Counted from the stretch's first letter, positions 36,188 to 45,019 are shown. The stretch is DNA of 64,000 nucleotides from Firmicutes bacterium UBA3738 (GCA_002372505.1 DFGY01000062.1:28322-92321); one strand, 5' to 3'. The notes: generated by a model not told the origin, from the sequence alone. A program made the numbers and translations.

Positions 36188-36772
36188 TTATAAATTAATT
36201 CCGGTCAAGTCAGATATTTCGCTCTTATCCCAGTTTTCATTTTCCCAAAAGAAAAATTCTTCTTTTCTCTTCTTAAATATCCTGAACGGTTCATCTGTAT
36301 TATCATAAATATGCAGTACATCGCAAACCTTTATTAACTCTGGAATAAGCGCAAGTGACTTTTGATACCTGCTGCGAATCTTGTCTTCGGGAACACCATG
36401 ACCTCCGGATTGCTCTCTTGATTCCACACGGAAAACATTAATGCTGGGATCTGCAGTCAACACAAATATACAACGTACAAAATATCCTTGTTCCTTTGCT
36501 CTTTTGATAAGTTCTAAATTCCGTTCTGTAGACAAGACAGTTTCAAATGTAAAATCGATTCCCTGCTTTAGGGAATCCTCTCTTAATGATTCAGCAATCT
36601 TAGCAGCCTCAATATCGCTGCAATGTGTTGTTTTCTTTATTTCATCAGCATTAATATATGGCTCAATTATCTTTGCTAATTTAGTGATTGTAGTTTTTCC
36701 GCTTCCGTTGGGTCCGGCAAAAACAATCAACTCTGGACACTTCTGATTATTCGGCATATTTTCTGCTCCCAT
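36188..36772 (-). CDS. Zeta-toxin/PezT-family P-loop kinase
   Basis: Walker A GPNGSGKTT near the N-terminus; about 190 aa; overlaps a small upstream ORF. An alternative ATG lies at 36757. Confidence 0.7.
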   Translation of the reverse strand: MGAENMPNNQKCPELIVFAGPNGSGKTTITKLAKIIEPYINADEIKKTTHCSDIEAAKIAESLREDSLKQGIDFTFETVLSTERNLELIKRAKEQGYFVRCIFVLTADPSINVFRVESREQSGGHGVPEDKIRSRYQKSLALIPELIKVCDVLHIYDNTDEPFRIFKKRKEEFFFWENENWDKSEISDLTGINL

Positions 36773-36938
36773 CCGGGTATTCTAAATACGCCTTCTTTTT
36801 TTCCTTATCGTATCCGGCAATTGGTGCGCCTATGGCTCTTTTAATTTCGTTATCTATCTGAATCGCTTTTTTAAATCTTTCTGTTAGCTCATCATCTGAT
36901 ATTCCACACATGGAATCAAGTTCATTAGATTCATTCAT
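36747..36938 (-). CDS. Small acidic protein, putative cognate antitoxin (63 aa from the ATG at 36938)
   Basis: Overlaps the toxin start. GGAGGG RBS 7 nt before the ATG at 36938; the longest ORF extends to 36971. No family recognised; the call rests on position. Confidence 0.5.
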   Translation of the reverse strand: MNESNELDSMCGISDDELTERFKKAIQIDNEIKRAIGAPIAGYDKEKKKAYLEYPDGSRKYAE

Positions 36939-37051
36939 CTCGTTTCCCTCCATTACTTGATTATATAGCATTTATTTACCCTGCACAATTACTATGATTT
37001 AGAAACAAGCAAAAACCCTTGGAAAAAGTACATTTTTCAACGGTTTTATTC

Positions 37052-37158
37052 TGGTCGGAGAGACAGGATTTGAACCTGCGGCCACCTGACCTCCAGTCAG
37101 GTCTTGGCTGCTTATTTTTCAATGGCTGCACGGTTTATGGCAACCTATGTGGCAACCC
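37052..37158 (-). repeat. att-like copy D: tRNA-Pro 3' 50 nt (one mismatch) + type-2 arm
   Basis: 37052-37101 matches 44395-44444 except for the T at 37092. The arm TCTTGGCTGCTTATTTTTCAATGGCTGCACGGTTTATGGCAACCTATGTGGCAACCC follows. Confidence 0.9.
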
Positions 37159-37200
37159 GCCATGTTTGTGCAGATTGGAATATCCTTATATCAGGAATTG

Positions 37201-38934
37201 TCAACCGGCCAGCTGATTCTTGATTAGGCTCCTGTATACTTCATTACCTTTATACAGTTCGTCATGGGTGCCCATTCCAACTAGCCTTCCGTCATCCATA
37301 ACGATTATTCTGTCCGCCGACATGATGGTGGAAAGTCTATGGGCTATCATTACAACAGTCTTATCCTTTAGCTGCACTGCCAGTATCCTTTGCATGTACA
37401 GTTCATTTTCCGCATCGAGATTCGACACCGACTCATCCAGTATCACTATCGGTGCATCCCGAAGTAGCGTCCGTGCTATTGCAACTCTTTGCTTTTGGCC
37501 ACCTGACAGCTTGAATCCCCGCTCTCCGGTTACGGTGTCATAACCTTCCGGAAGTTCCATGATGAAGGTGTCTGCGTTAGCCTTCGCCGCAGCCTCTCTC
37601 ACTTCTTCCTCACTGGCCTCCGGGCGACCCAACCTGATGTTCTCGGCAATGCTGGTATGGAAGAGATATGTCTCCTGAGAAGCGGCGCTGACCATGTGTC
37701 TCAGCTCCGCAACACTGTACTCTCTTATGTCACTTCCGCCTATTGTTATGGCTCCCTCTACAGGATCCCAGTATCTCAGTATGAGATTTGCGCAGGTGCT
37801 CTTTCCCGCTCCGGAATGGCCTACCAGCACAACGGTTTCCCCGGGGACTATGTCAAAGGTCACATCGTGCAGAACGTCGGGGGAGCCGGCCTCGTAACAA
37901 AAGCGGACATTTTCAAATCCGATTCCCACGCTGCCTATATCCGCCTTCTTGCTACCTTCGTCCTTAATTGCAGGCTCTTCCTCCAGCAGATTTCTAACCC
38001 TGTTTGATGCCGCGAAAACCACTCCCAGTTCCTGAGCCACGGTGGTCAGTTCCAACACCGGTCCCAGTATTACCGTTGACAGCATTACCGCAACAGGATA
38101 CATCACCGTTTCCATTCTTCCGTTAACAACCAGCCAGGCAGACAGGATCATCACTGCAACGGTGAACAGTCCGCAGATTATCTGAGTCGCCATGGACTGG
38201 CCGCCCTTTAATCTGCCATATTTATACTGCTCTTTATATAGTCCATCCATGGAATCATTTATTTCTTTCATTCTGCGGCCTTCAGCCCCCAGCATCACCA
38301 GTTCTCTTATGCCCTGTATGCTCTCAACCATGATCACATTGGATTCAGCCAGGGACTCTCTTACACCGGCGCCCTGTTCCTCCGCTCTTTTTCCCATCTT
38401 GTACGGGACAGCCATCAGGCAAAGAGCGGCAGCAGCAACGAGAAGAGACAGCAGAGGATTAACAAACAACAGCGCTCCCATTATCAGAACCGTCAGCAAT
38501 ATGGCGATGAGGAAACTGCTGAAAGTATGGGCAAGAAATATTTCCAATATCTCCACATCCGCCACAAAGGCCTGGCCGATTTGACCGGTCTGTTTTCGCA
38601 GCGTGTATGCCGGGGCAATTTCCCCCAGTTTGTTATATATGTCAAGCCTGAAATTTCGGATTACTCTAAAAGCCACATCATGGGCAAAATACATTTCGCC
38701 AAAATGACCTGCCGCCCGCAGGAGAATGCAAAGAACCAGACCTCCCACCAGCAGACCGATGTTTTCCGGCTGTCCTTTCCCCACTACCATTCCGGCAATA
38801 TAGGAAGTAAGGCCGGCAATCCCAATTACGGATCCCTGCTTTAAAAAGGCGCTTATCATAGCCAGTGTCATCTCCCCGCTGTATGGCTTTATATTCCTGC
38901 AGAGATTTACTATGTTCTTTTTTCTATCGGACAT
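37201..38934 (-). CDS. ABC transporter, fused permease/ATP-binding (exporter-type half transporter)
   Basis: N-terminal 6-TM domain. Walker A GHSGAGKST, signature LSGGQKQR, Walker B IVILDE. Confidence 0.9.
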   Translation of the reverse strand: MSDRKKNIVNLCRNIKPYSGEMTLAMISAFLKQGSVIGIAGLTSYIAGMVVGKGQPENIGLLVGGLVLCILLRAAGHFGEMYFAHDVAFRVIRNFRLDIYNKLGEIAPAYTLRKQTGQIGQAFVADVEILEIFLAHTFSSFLIAILLTVLIMGALLFVNPLLSLLVAAAALCLMAVPYKMGKRAEEQGAGVRESLAESNVIMVESIQGIRELVMLGAEGRRMKEINDSMDGLYKEQYKYGRLKGGQSMATQIICGLFTVAVMILSAWLVVNGRMETVMYPVAVMLSTVILGPVLELTTVAQELGVVFAASNRVRNLLEEEPAIKDEGSKKADIGSVGIGFENVRFCYEAGSPDVLHDVTFDIVPGETVVLVGHSGAGKSTCANLILRYWDPVEGAITIGGSDIREYSVAELRHMVSAASQETYLFHTSIAENIRLGRPEASEEEVREAAAKANADTFIMELPEGYDTVTGERGFKLSGGQKQRVAIARTLLRDAPIVILDESVSNLDAENELYMQRILAVQLKDKTVVMIAHRLSTIMSADRIIVMDDGRLVGMGTHDELYKGNEVYRSLIKNQLAG

Positions 38935-40660
38935 TTTTAATCTCCTCCTGGGCTTTTACGAGTTCATGATATATGCCATCCGCGGCAATCAGCTCTTCGT
39001 GGGTTCCCTGCTCTGCCACCCTTCCGCCATCCATTACGATTATGTTGTCCGCATTTCGGATGGTGGATAATCTATGCGCAACGATTACAGCAGTCTTTCT
39101 TCCCGACAGCTCGTCGATGGCCGTCTGGATCAGCTTTTCGCTTTCAGCATCCACACTGGCTGTGGCTTCGTCAAAAATGAGAATCGGTGAATCTTTCAGT
39201 ATGGCTCTGGCTATGGATATTCTCTGGCGTTCGCCTCCGGAAATAGTGAGACCACGCTCACCCACTTCCGTGTTGTATCCCTCCGGAAGCTTTTGTATAA
39301 AATCATGAGCTCCGGCCATCACCGCCGCTTCTCTCACCTCTCTGTCCGTGGCCTCGGGGCGAGACATTCTGATGTTTTCAGCGATAGTTCCGTGGAACAA
39401 AAAAGTGTCCTGAAACACTGCGCCGATGCACCCTTGCATATATCCAAGACTATAGTCTCTCATGTCCATTCCGTTGATGGTTATTTTGCCTTCATCGGGA
39501 TCGTAGAATCTCATGATCAGACTTACAAGGGTGGATTTACCGCAGCCGGATCTGCCGACTATTGCTGTTTTGCTGCCGGCAGGTATTTTCAAAGAGACGT
39601 TTTTAAGAACATCCTCATTTCCCGTATATGAAAAAGAGACATTTTCAAGTTCAATTTCGGGCCTGTCTCCAATCCCAGATAAGGCCGCATCTGTCTTATC
39701 CTGGATTTCAGGTTCCGTGTCCATTAAGGCAAACAACCCTTCTGCAGTTGACAACCCCAAAAATGAGGAGTGCCAGTATCTGTTCAGATCAAACAGCGGG
39801 CGGGCACACTCAATGGTCAAAAAGAGGAATACGGTTATAGCCTGAGGCTCCATCATTCCCGCGTTCGCTCGCAGCGCCGCCACAACCACAGTCATGGAAG
39901 AAGTGACCGATGTCAGCACCAGCATTATGGATGCGTTTGACAGAGAAATCCCGGTGTTCTTTATGGATCTCTTCCAAAAAGAAGTCGCTTCCTTTGTCAG
40001 ATTCTCCCCCATGGTCTTTTCCGCATCAAGGGTTTTAAGTGTGGTTATTCCCTGCACTGCATCGATATACTGGGCCGTAAGCCTTGAATAGTCCGTCCAG
40101 TAATCGCCGATGTTTTTCTCAACTACAGGTATCGTCACAATAGGCACCAGAACGCATAGCACCATTGCAGCTATCAGAATCCATGATGTAACCCCATCAT
40201 ATCGAATCAAATAAAAGAATGAAAAAATTCCAACAGAAAGGACGGTAAAGACCTGGGGCACAAAGCTTACATAAAAGTGTTCCAAAGCCTCAACCCCGTC
40301 CAGCACCAGGGAAGTGAGTTCGCCGCTGCGGCGCTGATTCATCTGCCCCGGCCCAAGTCTGAACATGTGCTCAAGGACCTTCTTCCTTATTATCCCTTTT
40401 ATCTTCTGAGCCATGGTCTTTGTGTATGTCTCGCTCTTCATCATAAGAAGGCTCCTTATGATAATAGCCAGCACAACAACCACAAGGGAAGTTCCTATTT
40501 GTCTCATGTCCATCGAAGTGAACATGAGATTTACAACCCTTGCCATAAATACCGCTTGAGCAAGATAGGTAGCAGCAATTGCTATCCCCATCAAACTCTT
40601 TCCCGCTATTTCTCTTTTGATGTCGCTGAGAAAAGTCAGCAGTCTTACATACACATTCAT
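38924..40660 (-). CDS. ABC transporter, fused permease/ATP-binding (heterodimer partner)
   Basis: Walker A GRSGCGKST, signature ISGGERQR, Walker B ILIFDE. Overlaps the downstream partner by 11 nt. Confidence 0.9.
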   Translation of the reverse strand: MNVYVRLLTFLSDIKREIAGKSLMGIAIAATYLAQAVFMARVVNLMFTSMDMRQIGTSLVVVVLAIIIRSLLMMKSETYTKTMAQKIKGIIRKKVLEHMFRLGPGQMNQRRSGELTSLVLDGVEALEHFYVSFVPQVFTVLSVGIFSFFYLIRYDGVTSWILIAAMVLCVLVPIVTIPVVEKNIGDYWTDYSRLTAQYIDAVQGITTLKTLDAEKTMGENLTKEATSFWKRSIKNTGISLSNASIMLVLTSVTSSMTVVVAALRANAGMMEPQAITVFLFLTIECARPLFDLNRYWHSSFLGLSTAEGLFALMDTEPEIQDKTDAALSGIGDRPEIELENVSFSYTGNEDVLKNVSLKIPAGSKTAIVGRSGCGKSTLVSLIMRFYDPDEGKITINGMDMRDYSLGYMQGCIGAVFQDTFLFHGTIAENIRMSRPEATDREVREAAVMAGAHDFIQKLPEGYNTEVGERGLTISGGERQRISIARAILKDSPILIFDEATASVDAESEKLIQTAIDELSGRKTAVIVAHRLSTIRNADNIIVMDGGRVAEQGTHEELIAADGIYHELVKAQEEIKNVR

Positions 40661-40749
40661 TTAACCAAAATACCACAAACACAGAGACAACGGATGCCGT
40701 GAAGGCAGCATCCGTCATCATTAATAATGAACACTAATATTTGTTTACT

Positions 40750-41748
40750 CTATTCAAACAGGTCAGGATAGAATGCCTTTGCCAGTTTTTCAACAGTGTA
40801 TGCCATTCTGTCTCCCGGCAGAACGCTTTCCAGTTCTATTGTGGCAAACTTGTCCTTCTTTACGCAGTCAAGCTTTGACAAAACCGGGTTTGTTTTTATT
40901 TCCTTTTTCTTTTCTTCAACTGACGGTGAATCGTAGTCGTGGATGAGAATTACATCAGGCTCTCTCTTGATGGCTTCTTCATAGCTGACTGTGATCCAAT
41001 CCTTTTCAGTCTGATCTTCAAAGACATTCTTTCCGCCGGCAAGGCCGATAAGAAGTGTTTCAAAGTTTGTTCCGGAACATGTGAATACTCCATCGTTACC
41101 GCTGTCATATACCAGAACCTTAACGGGCTCCTGATCCTTAACCTTGTCTTCTACTGCCTTTATTCTGTCCTGCTGGCCCTTTATGAATTCTTCAGCCTTA
41201 TCTTCGATCTGGAAGATCTTGCCGATTGCGCGAATCTCTTCATACTGGTCTTCAAGACTCTTTGCCTGGTTAACCAGCACGTTCATTCCCTTCTTTTCAA
41301 CTTCTTCGATTACCAGGCCTTCTTCACCGATTTCCCAGTCAAGGGTATAGATAAAGTCCGCACCGGATGAGAGAATTGCCTCTCTTGTTGCTGATGAATG
41401 ATTCAGTTCTTTGATCTTATCAACTTCTTCTTTATATTCATCAAGAGGTCCTCTTGAGTGGTTAACAAGGGATCTGCCTATTACCTTGTCACCAAGGCCG
41501 AGAGCAACAAACAGTTCTGTACAGTTTGGTCCCAGTGTAAGAACCTTTTCAGGCATCTTTTCAACCACTACGTCTCTGTCGTAGTTCTTGACCTTTACAG
41601 GATATCCTGCCGCATCCCCTGCCGCAGAAGTGCTGGCTGAGCCGGCATCGGAGCTTGCCTTGTCTGCATCGCTGCCGCCACAGCCTGCAAATGTCATCAT
41701 GGCCATTGCAAGGCACATTATCAGTGCAATCAGTTTTCTTTTCTTCAT
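40750..41748 (-). CDS. ABC importer substrate-binding lipoprotein (Fe-siderophore/cobalamin type)
   Basis: Lipobox TFAGCGG. Size and neighbourhood (FecCD permease, FecE-like ATPase). Confidence 0.8.
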   Translation of the reverse strand: MKKRKLIALIMCLAMAMMTFAGCGGSDADKASSDAGSASTSAAGDAAGYPVKVKNYDRDVVVEKMPEKVLTLGPNCTELFVALGLGDKVIGRSLVNHSRGPLDEYKEEVDKIKELNHSSATREAILSSGADFIYTLDWEIGEEGLVIEEVEKKGMNVLVNQAKSLEDQYEEIRAIGKIFQIEDKAEEFIKGQQDRIKAVEDKVKDQEPVKVLVYDSGNDGVFTCSGTNFETLLIGLAGGKNVFEDQTEKDWITVSYEEAIKREPDVILIHDYDSPSVEEKKKEIKTNPVLSKLDCVKKDKFATIELESVLPGDRMAYTVEKLAKAFYPDLFE

Positions 41749-41815
41749 TCTTGTTACCTCTTTTTTGTCCTTTCTTCTTTAAAAATAATTGACTCTTATT
41801 TATAATTCAGCACAC

Positions 41816-42679
41816 TTAATGTGAATGTTCGTGCGCATCACCATCATGTTCATGCTCTATAGGCTGAGCCCAGTCATGTGCATGTTCTTCGGTATGACCC
41901 ATTCCACCTCTTTCTTTGTCCGGAATGAATGTGATGTTCAGCCGTCCGGTCTTTGAATTCATCTCTGTGGCACATTCAACTCCGTAGACTTCTTTAATTA
42001 TTTCCGGGGTGAGCACTTCCTCCGGCTTGCCCTCATAGCGCACCTGACCCTCGTCAAGGATATACAGTCTGTCGCAGTAAAGAGCCGCCATATTAAGATC
42101 GTGGATGGCTGCCAGCACCGTGGCATTTATGTGTCTGACGAAGTCGAATATCTGCATCTGGTAGCTGATGTCCAGATGATTCGTGGGCTCGTCCAGCACC
42201 AGAAAATCGCATTCCTGAGCCGTTGCTCTGGCGATTATCACTCGCTGCTTTTCACCGCCGGAAAGGTGCAGATAGTTTCTCTTTGCCATGTGCTCCATTC
42301 CAACATGAGCAAGGGCGTGTTTAATTATTTCCTTGTCTTCTTTTGTGTCGATGTCGAACATCCTTTTGTGAGGTGTTCTGCCCATGGCCACGATTTCCTC
42401 CACCTTGAAGTTAAAAGGAACATCGTTTTCCTGACCCACAACAGCCATTCTCAGCGCCGACTCTTTGTGGGTCATAGTCAGCAGATTCTCCCCGTCTATG
42501 ATTATCTCGCCTTTATCCGGCGTCAGGGCTCTGTAGACATTCTTGAGAAGTGTGGACTTGCCGCTGCCGTTTGGTCCGATGAGCCCAACGAACTCCCCTT
42601 CTCTGACCTGTATGGAGACATTGCTGATCGCATCCTTTTCCCCGTAGGAATAATCAAGATTTTTTACTTCCAATTTCAT
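41816..42679 (-). CDS. ABC importer ATP-binding protein (FecE/BtuD-like) with a His-rich C-terminal tail
   Basis: Walker A GPNGSGKST, signature LSGGEKQR, tail HTEEHAHDWAQPIEHEHDGDAHEHSH. Confidence 0.9.
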   Translation of the reverse strand: MKLEVKNLDYSYGEKDAISNVSIQVREGEFVGLIGPNGSGKSTLLKNVYRALTPDKGEIIIDGENLLTMTHKESALRMAVVGQENDVPFNFKVEEIVAMGRTPHKRMFDIDTKEDKEIIKHALAHVGMEHMAKRNYLHLSGGEKQRVIIARATAQECDFLVLDEPTNHLDISYQMQIFDFVRHINATVLAAIHDLNMAALYCDRLYILDEGQVRYEGKPEEVLTPEIIKEVYGVECATEMNSKTGRLNITFIPDKERGGMGHTEEHAHDWAQPIEHEHDGDAHEHSH

Positions 42680-42691
42680 GACTATCCCTCC

Positions 42692-43717
42692 TTACACAAG
42701 ACCCTTGTTACTGCGTCTTAACATATATATGAATATCGGGCCGCCGATGATGGCAGTGAGTATACCCACGGGAAGTTCCTCCGGCGCTATGATTATCCTG
42801 GCCACCGCATCAACCCAGATAACCAGGATCCCGCCGAGAAGCGCCGCTATGGGCAGCACTTTTCTATGATCCCCTCCTACAAGAAGCCGGGTGAAGTGCG
42901 GCACCATAAGACCTACAAAGCCAATGGTTCCGCTGACTGAAATGGTAACGCCGGCGATGAGAGAAGCCACCAAAACCAGTTCCTTTTGCATGCGCCTTAC
43001 ATTTACGCCCAGTGCTCCGGCACTTTCATCTCCCAAAAGCAGAAGATTGAGCCCTCTGTAATTCAGCATCAGCCATGTGATGCAAAGTGCAAGAATTATC
43101 AGTGGAAGTTTAAGGTATGCCCACTTGGCACCGGCCAGTGATCCGGACATCCAAAACTCCGCATTGTGCAGTCCCAGTGCATTTGGCGCCCCCAGTTTTA
43201 TGACGCTGGTTACGCCATCCATTATCATGGAGATAGCCACACCGGAAAGCAGCAGATACGTTACATTTATACGACCTCTGACTCTCGATAGAATATAGAC
43301 AAGTGTGATTGTAATGGCCGCGCCTATGAATGCGCTGATGGCCAGTCTGTATGTTCCAAAGAATGCGAATGCCCCAAAGAGCATGCACAGAGTTGCAAAG
43401 GCCGCAGCTCCTGATGATACGCCCAGAATAAATGGATCCGCCAGATTGTTTCTCACAAGTGCCTGCATGGTAACGCCGCAGACAGCGAGAGATGCGCCAA
43501 CAACCATTCCAAGACAGACTCTTGGCATTCTAAGGGTCCAGACCACATCCTCCGCCACCGGTTCCCAGTCATGAACAACACTGTCTGAAAGTCCGGGTAT
43601 GTGACTGATGAGTATCTTTGCAGTGGTTGCCGGATCCACGGAAACAGGCCCAATGCCCGTTGCCGTTAATATGGTAATAACACTCAAAATCATCAATAGG
43701 ATGACCACGAGTTTCAT
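42692..43717 (-). CDS. FecCD-family ABC importer permease
   Basis: Polytopic, with a typical FecCD C-terminus (GILTAIIGGPIFIYMLR). The start at MKLVVILL (43717) is preferred; the longest ORF reaches 43795. Confidence 0.85.
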   Translation of the reverse strand: MKLVVILLMILSVITILTATGIGPVSVDPATTAKILISHIPGLSDSVVHDWEPVAEDVVWTLRMPRVCLGMVVGASLAVCGVTMQALVRNNLADPFILGVSSGAAAFATLCMLFGAFAFFGTYRLAISAFIGAAITITLVYILSRVRGRINVTYLLLSGVAISMIMDGVTSVIKLGAPNALGLHNAEFWMSGSLAGAKWAYLKLPLIILALCITWLMLNYRGLNLLLLGDESAGALGVNVRRMQKELVLVASLIAGVTISVSGTIGFVGLMVPHFTRLLVGGDHRKVLPIAALLGGILVIWVDAVARIIIAPEELPVGILTAIIGGPIFIYMLRRSNKGLV

Positions 43718-44276
43718 CTTGACTTCACCGAATTCGTTTTTAAAAAAATTACTTTTCAAAGTTTGCCCCCTTATGCTTATCTCTCTTTGTACCATGCTAT
43801 TTTACACGGCTCTTCCGGATGAACAAGCCCCCCGGGGGGGTTATTGAAAGCAAAAACTCAATAGTTCAGATCTAATCTCTTCTTCCGTATCCCTTATTAT
43901 GTTCAACAGTTCCCCGGCGGAGATTCGCATGGCGCCTCTCATCCATGCATCCTGCTGTACCAGGCGGTCAGAGAAGACAACATATATTCGTCTATCTTTC
44001 TCGGCTTTCGCCATCTGCCCGATTTTCACATCAGCGAGTTCTCCTGCTGCAGTGTATATTGCATCCACGCCGGTATAGCTTTCCCTGCTGCCTTCTCCCG
44101 GCACCTTCTATCCCTTGTGATGTTATTCTAAAATTGCGATGCTTTTGAGCATATCTTCCCTTTGGCATAATCCTGTCATGAATAGCATCGAAAAATGGTA
44201 ATAGCGTGATATGAGCCGCCCGAGAAAACAGCATTCATGCAAAAAATGAATATATATTCATTACGGATTTCTGGAT

Positions 44277-44299
44277 TTTGCCACCTTATTTGCCACCAC
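44277..44299. repeat. Two direct repeats TTTGCCACC(AC), period 12, arm-type-site-like
   Basis: Copies at 44277-44285 and 44289-44299. The motif is nearly the same as TTTCCACCAC at 27822-27856. Confidence 0.75.
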
Positions 44300-44354
44300 G
44301 GTTAGGGAAAAACAGGGGTAATTAGGGGGTATATTATTGATTTCCGTCAAAAAG

Positions 44355-44391
44355 AAAAATCCTCGGAATGCTTGAACTTCCAAGGATTTTT
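44355..44391 (-). terminator. Terminator of tRNA-Pro
   Basis: Minus strand reads AAAAATCCTTGGAA-9 nt-TTCCGAGGATTTTT followed by CTTTTT. Confidence 0.75.
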
Positions 44392-44394
44392 TGC

Positions 44395-44471
44395 TGGTCG
44401 GAGAGACAGGATTTGAACCTGCGGCCACCTGACCCCCAGTCAGGTGCGCTACCAAACTGCGCCACTCCCCG
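44395..44471 (-). tRNA. tRNA-Pro (anticodon GGG), CCA encoded
   Basis: Folded by hand as a 77-nt cloverleaf. Acceptor CGGGGAG/CTCTCCG, D arm GCGC-AGTTTGGTA-GCGC, anticodon arm CCTGA-CTGGGGG-TCAGG, variable TGGCC, T arm GCAGG-TTCAAAT-CCTGT, then A-CCA. Confidence 0.92.
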
Positions 44472-44594
44472 GCAATTTTGGTTATTCATGTTTGCTGCGC
44501 TGATGCGTAGTCTTTTATTCGCATGTAATAGTTTAATGTATGTTCGCCCTAAAATCAATGTTTTTTTGTCTTTGTGTTGTAACCTGGTAGTCTA

Positions 44595-44984
44595 TATGGT
44601 CAAAAAAGCACAAAAAATGATAATACCGACTGCTTCTGCTTAGTTCACCTGCTTCCGTACGCTTCCATCTTCTGCTACCTTGTACATGTGGGAGTTCTTA
44701 CTGTCCTGCACCTAATGCTTTGTCGACAATTATTACTTCTTACTTCCCACGACTGCTCCGGCACCTTGAAGTTTTCACTGTACCAATACCGTTCGTCTTC
44801 GCGACGAGGGCGTGACTTTAAACTCTTCAGTCGGCACTATATTTGTGATGTTGAGCTATTCACCTGGTGGCTCCACCTCCCTTCATTCCGGAACTCCATC
44901 CTCCGGTGAATCTTCTTTTCTCTTTTCTCTATTGCTTCTTCTATATCATCGAGGGCTTGCGCCCTACGTTTAATCCTTCCTTGT
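44595..44984 (-). ncRNA. Candidate structured non-coding RNA upstream of tRNA-Pro; class undetermined and 3' end uncertain, possibly co-transcribed with the tRNA
   Basis: No minus-strand ORF of 60 aa or more between 44472 and 45090. Purine-rich on the minus strand. GNRA-capped hairpin GGGC-GCAA-GCCC (44952-44965), CGUC-GCGAA-GACG (44794-44806) and CCGGA-9 nt-UCCGG. Long-range complementarity CCGACTG/CAGTCGG. Confidence 0.35.
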
Positions 44985-44990
44985 GTGATT

Positions 44991-45019
44991 ATATTAACAC
45001 ACCAATTTGGCTATTGCAA
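44991..45019 (-). promoter_or_regulatory. Sigma-70-like promoter for the candidate ncRNA
   Basis: -35 TTGCAA (45019-45014), 17-nt spacer, -10 TAATAT (44996-44991, overlapping TATAAT at 44993-44988). Confidence 0.45.

Larger units (their letters stand above)
27736..44444. mobile_element. Composite array of integrase-less cassettes bounded by tRNA-Pro 3'-half repeats (CIME-like accretion)
   Basis: Five core copies at 27736, 31151, 36041, 37052 and 44395, each next to 10-bp direct repeats. No recombinase ORF lies in the interval. Confidence 0.6.

Noticed and set aside
43841-44104. An 87-aa minus-strand ORF upstream of the importer operon
   Set aside because: It has a GTG start without a convincing RBS and lies in a long leader with RNA-like motifs. 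It is kept only as an alternative hypothesis in the leader finding.
31038-44643. ORFs 31038-31289, 36039-36308, 37019-37216 and 44368-44643 sharing the peptide SERQDLNLRPPDPQS...FFNG.TVYGNLYGN
   Set aside because: They are plus-strand translations of the tRNA-Pro gene or its 3'-half copies and the adjacent att arms. The similarity reflects the DNA repeat, not a protein family.
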